This document shows positions 37,091 to 50,007 of a stretch of 64,000 nucleotides of DNA, one piece after another. Under the pieces are notes generated by a model that saw only the letters and a list, made by a program, of their open reading frames with translations, was not told the origin of the DNA and did no database searches. Position 1 is the stretch's first letter. Each line of letters starts with the position of its first letter. Source of the stretch: Eledone cirrhosa (lineage: Eukaryota); assembly GCA_964016885.1 (NCBI GenBank), contig OZ024755.1, forward strand, positions 37,634,001-37,698,000. The letters are read 5' to 3'. Position numbers and translations under genes: made by a program.

Positions 37091-37491
37091 ATTTGTGAAA
37101 AACAAGACCAGTTGTTTGTGGCAGTTTATTTTCCTAGTGAAATTGCAGCACTTCCTCCTTAAATATTGTAAACTTGACGTAATTAGTCTAATATGAAAGA
37201 AAATATTTTGTTGCCTTAAGTACTTAATTGCCTCTTATTTACATACTTTTTTGTATTTCTTTATTATTTTGTCTTTTGTGCTGGTGTTGGGGATGTAGTC
37301 GTTTCCTTTCATTTAATTTGAACTTTGTCATATTATTTCACAGAAATTAGCTCTCACCCTTGATCTTCCTTTCAGTAATCATAATCATGACACTTTTCTT
37401 CTTCTGCAGTAATAAACAAGTGAAGGAGAGACCAGGAGAGAATACAGACATGGAGAGACTGTGATGTATATATAAACAAACTGATAGCCAG

Positions 37492-37745
37492 TCATCATCA
37501 TCATCATCACAATCGTTTAATGTCCATCTTCCACGCTAGCATGGGTCTGGACGGGAATTGACCCACTTGAGGCAAGATTGGTTGTCTTGCTCAGGACTAT
37601 CTGGCAGGTTTTCTACGGCTGGATGCCCTTCCTAACACCAACCACGTTTACAGTGTGGACTGGGAGGTTTTTACCGTGTTACCTACACGGCCACATTACA
37701 GCGTGGACTGTGTGTTTTTTTTTGTCATGACACCTACACGACCTC
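37492..37745 (-). mobile_element. Non-autonomous RTE-related element (48-bp units plus RTE tail)
   Basis: Reverse complement of the 15460-15700 type. Confidence 0.75.
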
Positions 37746-37911
37746 ATAAATTTAGGAGTGGGTGTATATATATCATCATCAGTATTTTTACAATGGTTTT
37801 TCCAGGCTCACATGGGTTGGATGAAATAAATATATATATACATATATATTGGAAAAGTAAATAACAACAAGAAGGAGTACAGTTACGAAAGGTGTTAGGT
37901 ATTAGGTTCAC

Positions 37912-37950
37912 GGGGGTGACGTTTCGGGCATAAGCCCTTCATCAGGAGAA
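37912..37950 (-). ncRNA. Minimal hammerhead motif, core intact, stem I degenerate
   Basis: Minus strand reads CTGATGA-A-GGGC-TTAT-GCCC-GAA-ACGT-C. Confidence 0.6.
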
Positions 37951-38129
37951 TGGTGGGAAGGAGAGGAGTTCTGAGAGGGTGAGGGGGACATTAAAATAAC
38001 AGGAAACAAATTAAAATAACAGGAAAAAAATTAAAACAAAGGGAAAAAAATAAAAATAACACATGAGTGGGACAATAAGTTGGAAACAAGTGGTGAAAGG
38101 GTGTGAGGCGTGTAGAGGTGGGGGTACAA

Positions 38130-38400
38130 ACAATATGGATGAGAATATCGAATTCTTCCTTGACTTCCGACTAATCCCCACGGAACACAGAGAGGTTAAT
38201 ACATACTTCTACCACAAAGCAGCCTGCAGGGACCTGTTCGCGCACTTCAAGTCTGCCCTTCCTAACAGCGCTAAGAGAGGATTCAACGAAGTAGATGATG
38301 TGATCCTGTGAGTAGTATCACCCACACCAAGCAATTCCACAAGGGGTTGGAAGCCAATGGCTATTCAGCATCCTTCACCAATGGTATAAGGAACCCCAGA
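38130..38400 (+). mobile_element. Penelope-like retroelement RT C-terminal remnant
   Basis: FFLDFRL...YFYHKAACRDLFAHFKSALPNSAKRG resembles the PLE pattern FLD...YRKP..D.Y.HF.S.HP...K. An inverted hammerhead lies just upstream. Confidence 0.55.
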
Positions 38401-38721
38401 CACAGGAGGATCTTTTAGCCTGGTTATATTGTTCTCTGCAAACTATAAGATATGTGGCTCCCTATGACATCAGCAGTGAGCAGTCTTAGATTTTTGGCTT
38501 CAGTTCTTTCATTGAGCAATCATAGAGCCACATGATATTATATTATATATCAATCTCTTTTGATTGATACACACACACACTCATGCACACATACACACAC
38601 ACACGCACACACACACACACATACACGCGCACACACACACACACAACGAAAGCAGATGTTTAAATGATTATCATCATTAATAACTTTGATAGGTTTTATA
38701 CATTATATATATATATATATA

Positions 38722-39102
38722 TGAGGGTAATCCCAAAAGTAAGGTCTCCAAAGCGAAGGGGACGCAGAGAAACTGTCCGTACGGCTGTTGGCAACACTGT
38801 TGTGATTGGTGCTTCCTTCACTCCCAAACAAGCATGCGCGCGCTTCGCTGGGATGCTCAATCTTGGCTTGGCAGCCATTGAGAATGTAGTTCCCATTGAA
38901 CGCTACCGCCAAGTGCGAATTTCACGCAGTTATTATATACGAGGGCAATCCCAAGAGTAAGGTCTCCTTCCGAGGAAAAAATGCGTAAAGATCGGATGCC
39001 CTCTGCATTTTGGTTCCTGAGGTTTCCCGAAGCACCATCCACAGGATTTTAACGGAAAAGTTGCAATATCGGAAGGAGACCTTACTTTTGGGATTGCCCT
39101 CG
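38722..39102. mobile_element. Mariner-type MITE: complete unit 38940-39102 plus an extra left TIR at 38722
   Basis: TA-CGAGGGCAATCCCAAGAGTAAGGTCTCCTTCCGA ... TCGGAAGGAGACCTTACTTTTGGGATTGCCCTCG-TA. Confidence 0.85.
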
Positions 39103-39391
39103 TATATATATCTATCTATCGGTTGAGGAAAAGGAGGAGGAGAGGAAAGGAGTACAAACTCTTCGTACTCCTGGAGATGAGGGTTTCACATTTTTTCGGG
39201 GGTATGTGTTACCCATATGAACTGTCTCCCCCTATTGGGGAAAATCGACTAATTTTTTAAATTGTATTTGTGATAATATTTTACACGTTTTTATTGTATG
39301 TAAACTTCCCCCTTTGTATTTGTCCCCTTCTTTTGTGCCCCTGTGGCTAATAAAGAAATATATCTATCTATATATATATACATTATATATA

Positions 39392-39893
39392 TCTATATAT
39401 ATAAAGTTGTAGTTCCTGTTTGTTTGTTTGTTCACAAACTCCTCCTATGGTTTTCGAGATAGACCCCCATAACCATATATATTCTGAAACTACATTGCCC
39501 AGGGTACTTGGATAAGTATATTTTATTTTAATCAAAGGAAGGGTTCCTCAGGGGCACAAATCCCCCCTGAAAATGTTTTCCCTTCGATTTATATGAAATT
39601 TAAACCATAGGTAAATGACAAGATATGATCCCTATTCACAAAAGTTTTGAATTGATATTTTGAAAAAAATTATTTACAAGAAACAAAATAAGAATAAGAT
39701 TTAATAATGTAATTTTGATTTGATATATTACAAAAAATAATGTCCTCCAATTTTTCATGCATTACATTTTACATTGAGTAATATTGAAATGCAGAGTTTT
39801 TCTCCATAAATTATATCACTGATTTAAAATCAATCATCATTTTCTCACAAAAAAAATGTGTGAAGCGCAGCAAGGTGCGGGTAATTCGGCTAG
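39392..39893 (+). mobile_element. Non-autonomous Helitron
   Basis: 5' A|TCTATATATATAAA and 3' GC-rich subterminal segment then CTAG|T; no TSD. Confidence 0.7.
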
Positions 39894-39907
39894 TATTTAT
39901 ATAATTT

Positions 39908-40070
39908 AGTATATAGAGAAGAAAACACAAAAAGGGTGTTTCCTATTACCAGGGGTAGAGAACCACTAGAGTGAAGAACACTTTTCGTAAACTTTGTTCT
40001 TCACTCTAGTGGTTCACTACCCCTGGTAATTGAAAACATTCCCCCTTTTGTGTTTCCTTCTCTATATACT
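39908..40070. repeat. Inverted repeat with ~73-bp arms and a 14-nt loop
   Basis: agtatatagagaag...gtgaagaaca / tgttcttcac...cttctctatatact. Confidence 0.85.
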
Positions 40071-40158
40071 GTATTATGAAGAGGCCAGTACTTATTCCTT
40101 GAGCTCATTAAATTACAGGGGATTAACGTGAGTCTTTAACTCCGTATTTCCATTTGAT

Positions 40159-41587
40159 ATCATCATCATTTTACGTCCGATTGTCCCTGCTTGCAAGGGT
40201 GGGATGGGTCGTATTCAGCACAGCATCTCTCCACTTGTCATGGTCCTTCGTCATCTCCACCCTGAGCTTCAGTGATCTGAGGTCTGCTCTCTCCTCCTCC
40301 GCCCATATTTTTCGTGGTCTTCCTCTGCTACAACTTCCTTCAACTGGCATTTCTTGGCACTTCTTCACCCATCGGTCATCCTCCATGCACATCACATGTC
40401 CATACCATTGCAGTCTTCTTTCCTGCACACTACATGCTATCCCTCTCAGAGACAGTTTCTCTCTCAACACATCCATGCTGGGTCATTCACACACATTGAC
40501 ATTGCACATCCAACGGGGCATGCTTGCTTCATTTCTCTCCAGCCATCGCATATCCTCTGCAGTTGCTGCCCATGTCTCACTACCATGCAGCATCGTGCAC
40601 TTCACACAGGCATCATATAACTGGCCTTTCATACGCAGGGAGAAACCCTTCTTCGTCAGCAGAGGGAGCAGCTCCCTAAACTTCTTCCAACACGCCCTTA
40701 TTTTAGATACTCTGGCCTCGGACCCCCACCCCCCCCCCCATGTAAATCTGATCACCTACGTACCGGAAGCTATCAACCACTTCAATAGCACCCACCTGCA
40801 ATTGAAAAATGTGTCTATCAATGCAACTTCTACTGTCAAATTTCCTTGTACATCTACTGCATACATATTTCTCCCTAACTGTTAGTTTGCCTGCTATCCC
40901 GCTACATCTCTTGTGTACCCAGGATCTGCATTGTGTAAATTTTATAGAATTTATGCCAGTTCCTTTTCTGCATGTTGAACATGGCCATTTCCCTGACGGA
41001 ATCAGAGTTTTGTCCTCTTTTCTACTCATCAACACTTTTGTCTTAGCTAGGTTCACTCTCAGTCCTCTTGATTCCAACTGCTGTTTTCATAGCCAGAATT
41101 TATTCTCTAGCTCCTCTACTGATTCTGTTATAAGAACCAGATCGTCAGCATAGAGAAGTTCCCATGGACAGCCAGTCTTAAACACCTCTGTTATGGCTTG
41201 GAGAACTATAATGAACACGAGTGGGCTGAGGACCGAACCCTGATGTACTCCTATTTATATCTGGAATTCTTCACTAAACTCCATTCCTACGCTCACTTTA
41301 CTGACAGCACCTCTGTACAAAGCTTTCACTGTCCTCACAAGCCATTCCTCAACAGCTAGTTTCCTTAGGGACCACCAGATGATAGATTGGGGTATCCTAT
41401 CAAAGGCTTTCTCTAAGTCAACAAAAGCTAAGTATAGTGGATTATTCTTCTTTTTCGTCATACAGATCTTGAAGGGCTTTGCTAAATTTATATTTTAATG
41501 AAAGGTCTTTTAGCTTCCAGACCTTTCTTTTCCGCACCTTCCTGTATGTCTCATTCTTTCTCTTGTTTACTGAGATGTCACTAACGA
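40159..41587 (-). mobile_element. Second copy of the PHD-bearing RTE LINE, 5' truncated and internally deleted
   Basis: High identity to 26301-27580, then a jump near 41450 to the 28455-28595 equivalent. Confidence 0.92.
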
Positions 41588-41789
41588 TATATATATATAT
41601 ATAGGAAAAGAGTCTGGACCCTGATGGCTAGATCCGATTGGTGGTGCGTTATGGTTCACCTGATATCTTACCACACCTTCTTTGTTATATATATATATAT
41701 ATGTAAAAGGTAAACAGAAATAACAACATAATTAGTACAGTATATGGAAGGAATATATTAGGTTAATGCTTGAAATAGTAGGAAGAGGA

Positions 41790-41825
41790 TCTTAACGTTT
41801 TGGACGCTAGTCCTTCATCAGAAGA
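41790..41825 (-). ncRNA. Minimal hammerhead motif (G12>A) in a (TA)n-inserted repeat spanning about 41700-41850
   Basis: Minus strand reads TCTT-CTGATGA-A-GGAC-TAGC-GTCC-AAA-ACGT-T-AAGA. Confidence 0.65.
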
Positions 41826-42192
41826 AAGAATGAGAAATAAGATAGATTGAATGTTGGATTTTCAAATTGGATTTTCACCTTGAAACTGGATATCAACCCG
41901 GAGTATACTTGAACTTCCACCAGGAAATCTTTCGTATCACTGAAATTATCTTTCTTTGCTTCTTTATGTATATATATGTATATATATATAATATATATAT
42001 AAATGAGAGGTATAGAGATTGTTTTAGCAATAAGCTAACGGCATTCTATAACATATATGCGACTATAATATATATATATATATATATATAAATGAAAGTA
42101 CAGCATATTCGAAGCTCGAGCCGCAGCTAAGCCGACGAATTCCTTTAGCAGTGCAGCAAAGCACTCGACAAGGTATAAACCTCAGAGTAATA

Positions 42193-42538
42193 TCATTTCA
42201 TTTTCATTTCATTTCATTTTACATCCGCTTTTCCCTGCTTGCAAGGGTGGGACAGGAACTGATTCTGGCTTGATTTCTACAGCTGGATGCCCTTCCTAAC
42301 ACCAACCTCATTTACAGTGAGTGCTGGGTGCTTTTTTGCCGTTGCACCTCCACGACCACTTTGCAGTGGAATGATAGGGACCCCAGTCCTATCATCTCAT
42401 TTCTACAGCTGAGTAAACTGGAGCAATGTGAAATAAAGTGTCTTGCTCAAGGAAACAACACATCACCCGGTCTGAGAATTGAACCCACAACCTTCCAATT
42501 GCAAGGCCAATGCTCTAACCACTAAGCCATATGCCTCC
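42193..42538 (-). mobile_element. SINE family A, full length
   Basis: Reverse complement of the consensus. Confidence 0.9.
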
Positions 42539-42590
42539 ATATATATATATATACACACACACACACACGCACACATATATATATACACTG

Positions 42591-42632
<42 letters not shown>

Positions 42633-42857
42633 CAGTGTATGGTGTGTAGATTACATGCAGAACAAAACGCAATCAACAAGAACAACAAGAATGAGATTAA
42701 AGAGTCATTAAGAATTACAAGGAGGCTGCGGTAGAGGAGGGGGGGGCATGTTCTTAGAACTAGAAGAGGTTAGTTTGGGAGAAAAGGTGAGTCACTCAAG
42801 GAAGCAACTTAGACCTCTAATCCCCATCAAATGATTCCCAAATTACTTCAGGTGATA

Positions 42858-43752
42858 GATTATTATTATTACTATTATTATTACTATTATTATTACTATT
42901 ATTATTACTATTATTGTTACTATTGTTATTACTATTGTTGTTGTTGTCGTTATCAGTGTAATCAATGTTCCTTTTGTTGGATTTATGCCAAAGTTAGAAA
43001 TCATTATTATTATTATTTACTTATTCAGTAGTAATGGTGGTGTTGGTGGTGATGGAGGTGATGGTGTCGGTGGTGGAGGTGATGTTGGTGGTGGAGGTGA
43101 TGTGGGGGGGGGGGGTTGAAGGTGGGGGGGTGTCGGTGGTGGAGGTGATGGTGGTGGTGATGGCGGAGGGTGATGGTATTGGTGGTGGAAGTGATGGTGT
43201 CGGTGGTGGACGATGATGGTGTTGGTGGTGGAAGATGATGGTGTTGGTGGTGGGGGTGATGGTGTTGGTGGTGGAGGTGATGGTGTCGGGGGTGGACGAT
43301 GATGGTGTCGGGGGTGGACGATGATGGTGTTGGTGGTGGAGGTGATGGTGTTGGTGGTGGAGGTGATGGTGTCGGTGGTGGACGATGATGGTGTCGGTGG
43401 TGGAAGTGATGGTGTTGGTGGTGGAGGTGATGGTGTCAGTGGTGGAGGTGATGGTGGTGGTGATGGAGGTGATGGCACTGGTGGTGTCGGTGGTGGAGGT
43501 GATGGTATCGGTGGTGTTGAAGGTGGGGGGCTGATGGTGGTGGTGGTGGAGGTGATGGTGTTGGTGGAAGTGATGGTGTTGGTGGAGGTGATGGTGGTGG
43601 TGGAGGTAGTGATGGTGTTGGTAATGGAGGTGGTGGTGAAGGTGGAGGTGATGGTGGTAGCACAGATGATGGTGTTGGTGGTAGAACAGGTGTTGGTGTT
43701 GGAGGTGGAGGTGATGGTGGTAGTGAAGGTGGAGGTGGTGGTAGTTCAGGTG
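42858..43752. repeat. (TAT)n and (GGT)n low-complexity tracts
   Basis: Seen directly. Confidence 0.9.
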
Positions 43753-43975
43753 ATACTAGAAATACAGTAAGGAATAAAGACCCACTTCAGTTCTCATTTG
43801 ATCTTGATTACATGTAAATCACTTCTCACTTGATCCTTCCATAATGCCTGTCTTTGTATGGATGCTTGTGTGGGTTAGCTGGAGCTGCAGATACCACCTC
43901 TCCACACATTTACACCTCTTCAACATATGTCACTTGCAAGGTTCAATGTGTTTTAAAAACTGGCTTAACCACTTA

Positions 43976-44058
<83 letters not shown>

Positions 44059-44070
44059 CTGCCAGTATTA

Positions 44071-45030
44071 GGGCGGTGGATTGGCAGTATTGGTAAAGGG
44101 TCGGACAACATGCTTTGACGCATAGAGTTACGACCCTTGCCATTCTGAGTTCAAATCCTGCCGAAGTTAACTTTGCCTTTCATCCTTACGGGGTCGATAA
44201 AAGAAAGTACCAGTAATGAACTGGGTCATTGCTGGCCTTGTGCCTAAAGTAGAAACAAGTATTAATGTGTGAATGAGTAAAAAGAAAAAGAAAGGAAAGT
44301 GAGTGTGTACACGTTTGTGTATGGTTAACCCATTTGCTACCTGCCAATGTTTTGAAAATTATCAAAAATTTGAAGGGATTTAGTAAAATAACTAAACTTT
44401 CTCATTATTACTCTGATGGGGCGGTGGATTGGCAGTATCGGTAGAGGGTCGGACGCCAGGCTTTCCAGCAATGAGTAAAAAGAAAAAGAAAGGAAAGTGA
44501 GTGTGTACACGTTTGTGTATGGTTAACCCATTTGCTACCTGCCAATGTTTTGAAAATTATCAAAAATTTGAAGGGATTTAGTAAAATAACTAAACTTTCT
44601 CATTATTAATCTGATGGGGCGGTAGATTGGCAGTATCGGTAGAGGGCTGGACGTCATGCTTTCCAGCATAGTTACGTCCCTTTACGGTCTGAGTTCAAAT
44701 CCTACCGAGGTTAACTTTGCCTTCATCCTTACGGGGTCGATAACATAAAGTACCAGTAATGCAGTGGAATAATTGCTGGCCTTGTGCCAAAAGTAGAAAC
44801 AATTATTAATGTGATGTTCCAGGGCGGCGGATTGACAGAATCGGTAGAGTGATGGTCAACATGCTTTGTGGCATATACTTACGTCCATTTACATTCTGAG
44901 TTCAAATCCTGCTCACTTTCATTCTTATGGGGGTCGATAAACTACAGTACCAGTAACACAGTGGGGCAAATGAATTGACTTTCCTCTCCTGCAAGATTGT
45001 TGGCCTTGTCCCTAAATCAGAAACTGTTAT
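44071..45030 (+). mobile_element. Cluster of SINE family B copies (44071-44263, 44418-44470 head only, 44617-44808, 44822-45030)
   Basis: Repeated head and core motifs; includes a ~198-bp tandem duplication at 44272-44668. Confidence 0.85.
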
Positions 45031-45278
45031 CCATCTGATGCTTGGAGCATTACTTAACAGAATGTTCTGACATAAAATTATGATGGAAGGTTTTAATATA
45101 ATTATGAACATTTAATCAGTTCATTGCTTTATGATCGTTAACAGAATCCAATATGATGAAAGCCTACTATAAAAACAAGAACTCCCATCACCTGATCTCG
45201 TTGGAATTCTTAATTCTGGACTACATAAAGTTCCAACAATAGACAGGTACATACCAGTGAATTTACCTGTCTATTGTA

Positions 45279-45612
45279 GGAGGCACATGGCTTAGTGGTT
45301 AGAGCATTGGGCTTGCAATCGAAAGGTTGTGAGTTCAATTCTCAGACCGGGTGATGTGTTGTTTCCTTGAGCAAGACACTTTATTTCACATTGCTCCAGT
45401 TTACTCAGCTGTAGAAATGAGATGCTAGGGACTGGGGTCCCTATCATTCCACTGCAAAGTGGTCGTGGAGGTGCCACGGCAAAAAAGCACCCAGCACTCA
45501 CTGTAAATGAGGTTGGTGTTAGGAAGGGCATCCAGCTGTAGAAATCAAGCCAGAATCAGTTCCCGTCCCAGCCTTACAAGCAGGGAAAAGTGGACGTAAA
45601 ATGATGATGATG
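45279..45612 (+). mobile_element. SINE family A, full length
   Basis: Head, CORE-like body and RTE tail. Confidence 0.9.
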
Positions 45613-45679
45613 TAGGGCCAATGGACAATATTGCATGGTAGAATCAGAGGCAGTTACACTCAAGTTGATATCAAAAGGC

Positions 45680-45909
45680 TTAATCCTTTAGCATTTAAAC
45701 CGGCCGTATTCCGTTCAAAACTATCTCACTTCCTTCTGTTCAAACCGGCTGTAACTGGCCACTCATACTGATGTTAAGGTATAGTTTCCATAATAAATAA
45801 CATCAAATTCTCGTAGATTCTATATTATGTGAGATAATCATGTAAGATAAAGTGTTTACCATGAAAATACAAAAGTATATATAGAGTAATGTAAATGCTA
45901 AAGCGTTAA
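45680..45909. mobile_element. piggyBac-type MITE
   Basis: ttaatcctttagcattta...taaatgctaaagcgttaa. Confidence 0.8.
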
Positions 45910-46154
45910 ACAATCGACACTGTGGTTTCAACCAAGTGATTTTTGGGGTAACAGCAAACCTCAGTGGGTGTAAATCAGAGGTAAGGATAAGAATAGAAAC
46001 TGTGCAGAGGTGCAAGCATGGCTGTGTGGTTAAGTAGTTTGCATCACAATGAAGTGGCTTCAGGTTTAGTCTCACTGTGTGATGCTATAGGCTTGGTTGG
46101 ACCAACGCCTTTTCAGTGAGATCTTGTAGATGAAAACTATGTGGAAATCAATCA

Positions 46155-46839
46155 TATAACTGTGTGCCCAGTTTAGAGGAGGTACACTGTATCCCAGCAT
46201 GTATATAACTGTGTGCCCAGTTTAGAATAGGTATACTGTATCCCAGCATGTATATAACTGTGTACCCAGTTTAGAGGAGGGACACTGTATCCCAGCATGT
46301 ATATAACTGTGTGCCCAGTTTAGAATAGGTATACTGTATCCCAGCATGTATATAACTGTGTGCCCAGTTTAGAATAGCTACACTGTATCCCAGCATGTAT
46401 ATAACTGTGTGCCCAGTTTAGAATAGGTATACTGTATCCCAGCATGTATATAACTGTGTGCCCAGTTTAGAATAGCTACACTGTATCCCAGCATGTATAT
46501 AACTGTGTGCCAGTTTAGAATAGGTACACTGTATCCCAGCATGTATATAACTGTGTACCCAGTTTAGAATAGGGACACTGTATCCCAGCATGTATATAAC
46601 TGTGTGCCCAGTTTAGAATAGGGACACTGTATCCCAGCATGTATATAACTGTGTACCCAGTTTAGAATAGGGACACTGTATCCCAGCATGTATATAACTG
46701 TGTACCCAGTTTAGAGGAGGTACACTGTATCCCAGCATGTATATAACTGTGTGCCCAGTTTAGAGGAGGTACACTGTATCCTATCATGTATATAACTGTG
46801 TGCCCAGTTTAGAGGAGGTACACTGTATTCCAGCATGTA
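46155..46839. repeat. 49-bp minisatellite, ~14 copies
   Basis: Unit tataactgtgtgcccagtttagaataggtatactgtatcccagcatgta. Confidence 0.92.
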
Positions 46840-46871
46840 AGAAACAACTATAAAGGGTTGGTATTAGTGAA

Positions 46872-47035
46872 GGAGCATGGCTTAGTGGTTAGAGCATTGG
46901 GCTTGCAATCGAAAGGCTCTGAGTTCAATTCTCGGACCGGGTGATGTGTTGTTTCCTTGAGCAAGACACTTTATTTCACATTGCTCCAGTTTACTCAGCT
47001 GTAGAAATGAGATGATAGGACTGGGGTTCCTATTA
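46872..47035 (+). mobile_element. SINE family A head and CORE-like body without the usual tail
   Basis: Diverges after ggactggggttcctat. Confidence 0.8.
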
Positions 47036-47269
47036 TTAAATTACCCAAGATACCTCCAACGAGATATACCTTGGAGGCCAGCTAAACCTGCATAGGTGTG
47101 AGTTGTCACACATACACACACACATTAGGAAAGGCATCCAGCTGTAAAATATTGCTTCCAAAAGTCCCATCCAACCCATGCTGTATCAAGCATATATGAG
47201 CTTACAGTAGACTTTCAAAACAAGTATTGCATGGAGCTGTTTTAAGGAATGCAAGCCATACAAGCGCTT

Positions 47270-47482
47270 TCACCCTTTAGCATTTAAAGTGGCCATATCC
47301 GGCCAGAATTCTCTCATCACTTTCTGATCAAACCAGCTGCTCATACTGACATTAAGGTATTGTTCTCAAAATTAATAATATCAAAATCTCGTAGATTCAA
47401 TATCATGTGAGATATTATGTGAGATAAGGCCTTTACCACAAAAATACAATAGTATATATAATGTAAATGGTAAAGGGTTAAA
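47270..47482. mobile_element. piggyBac-type MITE
   Basis: ccctttagcattta...gtaaagggttaa. Confidence 0.78.
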
Positions 47483-48385
47483 AACTGTCTGAAAGATATG
47501 CTGAAGAGGGTCAACATCAACACTGAAACATGGGAAAATGTTGCAACAGAGAGAGCCCAATGGTGAAATCTGATTGCTACCAGTATTAAGGAATTTGAAA
47601 AGAAGCAGAGGGTTTATTCTGAATTGAAGTGAGCAACTAAATACATGGGGGAAGTTAGTCTGCTTCCCAAACAAGGTTTGAAAGAGACTCTTACCTGTGG
47701 GGATGCAGGCATGTATGCATGTCAAAGGTAGGGCTACTAAGCCACAGCAGACATCATACTCATGGAAATAACACATGTGAGTGTCCCATACACCTTGATT
47801 TTGCATGTGGCGTCTGTACCAAAGTGTGTCACCTTTCATGTGGGCTGGCATGGCATCACAAAGCATGACCAGCCAATCAAACTCAAGCAGGCCAGAAAAG
47901 TACCAGCCCACTGTGTTGTGTGGCATGTAAGTCACTTCCTGGTTTGATAAGTCCTCTAAAGTGACATCAACAACAGCAACATCAATAACATGTGTTTTTA
48001 TTGTCTGTTTTTATTTTGTTTTTGCCTATGAAGTGGTGTACTTGGACACAAGGTGGCTTCCACTATGTATGTATGTGTGCCTGTGTATGTATGTGAACGT
48101 GTGTATGTGAATGTGTGTATGTGTATGTGTGTATACCTGTATGTATTGTCTAGCATTTCTGAAGTAAAACATTTCTGTTGTTGATTATTTAATCAAGGGA
48201 TTAACTAATCAGCATGAGGTAAGCCTAATCTTTGAAGTGAGTTAAACTTAATGACATATAAACGTTTTAGGAGTTAATTAATATGGGCAGTAACTTCACT
48301 AATGATGTCAATTGAGAAACAAATGTAGAGAAGCTCAGCAAAACTGTAACTGACTTCCAGTAACTGAAGCCTGTATGGTTCAATA

Positions 48386-49472
48386 CCTCCATCAACTAAA
48401 ACACCAAACTCTGTCTCTATACACCATCTCCTCCATCAACTAAAACACCAAACTATGTCTCTATACACCATCTCCTCCATCAACTAAAACACCAAACTCT
48501 GTCTCTATACACCATCTCCTCCATCAACTAAAACACCAAACTATGTCTCTATACACCATCTCCTCCATCAACTAAAACACCAAACTCTGTCTCTATACAC
48601 CATCTCCTCCATCAACTAAAACACCAAACTGTCTCTATACACCATCTCCTCCATCAACTAAAACACCAAACTGTGTCTCTATATACTATCTCCTCCATCA
48701 ACTAAAACACCAAACTCTGTCTCTATACACCATCTCCTCCATCAACTAAAACACCAAACTCTGTCTCTATACACCATCTCCTCCATCAACTAAAATACCA
48801 AACTCTGTCTCTATACACCATCTCCTCCATCAACTAAAACACCAAACTCTGTCTCTATACACCATCTCCTCCATCAACTAAAACACCAAACTGTCTCTAT
48901 ACACCATCTCCTCCATCAACTAAAACACCAAACTCTGTCTCTATACACCATCTCCTCCATCAACTAAAACACCAAACTCTGTCTCTATACACCATCTCCT
49001 CCATCAACTAAAACACCAAACTCTGTCTCTATACACCATCTCCTCCATCAACTAAAACACCAAACTGTGTCTCTATATACTATCTCCTCCATCAACTAAA
49101 ACACCAAACTCTGTCTCTATACACCATCTCCTCCATCAACTAAAACACCAAACTCTGTCTCTATACACCATCTCCTCCATCAACTAAAACACCAAACTCT
49201 GTCTCTATACACCATCTCCTCCATCAACTAAAACACCAAACTCTGTCTCTATACACCATCTCCTCCATCAACTAAAACACCAAACTCTGTCTCTATACAC
49301 CATCTCCTCCATCAACTAAAACACCAAACTCTGTCTCTATACACCATCTCCTCCATCAACTAAAACACCAAACTCTGTCTTTATACACCATCTCCTCCAT
49401 CAACTAAAACACCAAACTCTGTCTCTATACACCATCTCCTCCATCAACTAAAACACCAAACTGTGTCTCTAT
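48386..49472. repeat. 44-bp minisatellite, ~24 copies
   Basis: Unit ctccatcaactaaaacaccaaactctgtctctatacaccatctc. Confidence 0.95.
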
Positions 49473-49782
49473 ATTTCAATTCTGAGTGAAATTAGGTAGA
49501 AAGAAACAGCGTGGAAGTCCGTTGCATAGATTGTATGGGTAATTAAAGCTCAGCCTTGTCACATATTGTATCATGTAAATTATGTTAAGGGTATCATGTC
49601 TGTAGAATGCTCACCCAACTCAATATCCTGAAGAGGCTGCTTTGTTCAACAAACACTTTACAGTCATCTTCACAATTTTGGATATTTCCAGTGTTGCTTC
49701 AAGGAAAAGATGTTTAGCAATTTATTTATTGATCACAGTAAATTATTGTATATTTTATTTAATTATACAAATTTGTAATCTT

Positions 49783-50007
49783 TTAACCCATTAGCATTTA
49801 AACCGGCCATATCCGGCCAGATTTCTCTCACCTCTTTCTGTTCAAACTGGCAGTAACCAGCTGCTCATACTGATGTTAAGGTATTGTTCTCAAAATAAAT
49901 ATAAAAATCTTATAGATTTGATATTATGTGAGATATTATGTAAGATAAAGACTTTACCATGAAAATATAATAGTAGATATAGAGTAATGTAAATGCTAAA
50001 GGGTTAA
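49783..50007. mobile_element. piggyBac-type MITE, complete
   Basis: TTAA-CCCATTAGCATTTA ... TAAATGCTAAAGGG-TTAA: TTAA target site with CCC/GGG termini. Confidence 0.85.

Noticed and set aside
47381-47935. 184-aa ORF
   Set aside because: No recognisable domain; it overlaps a MITE and what looks like a decayed LINE end on the opposite strand.
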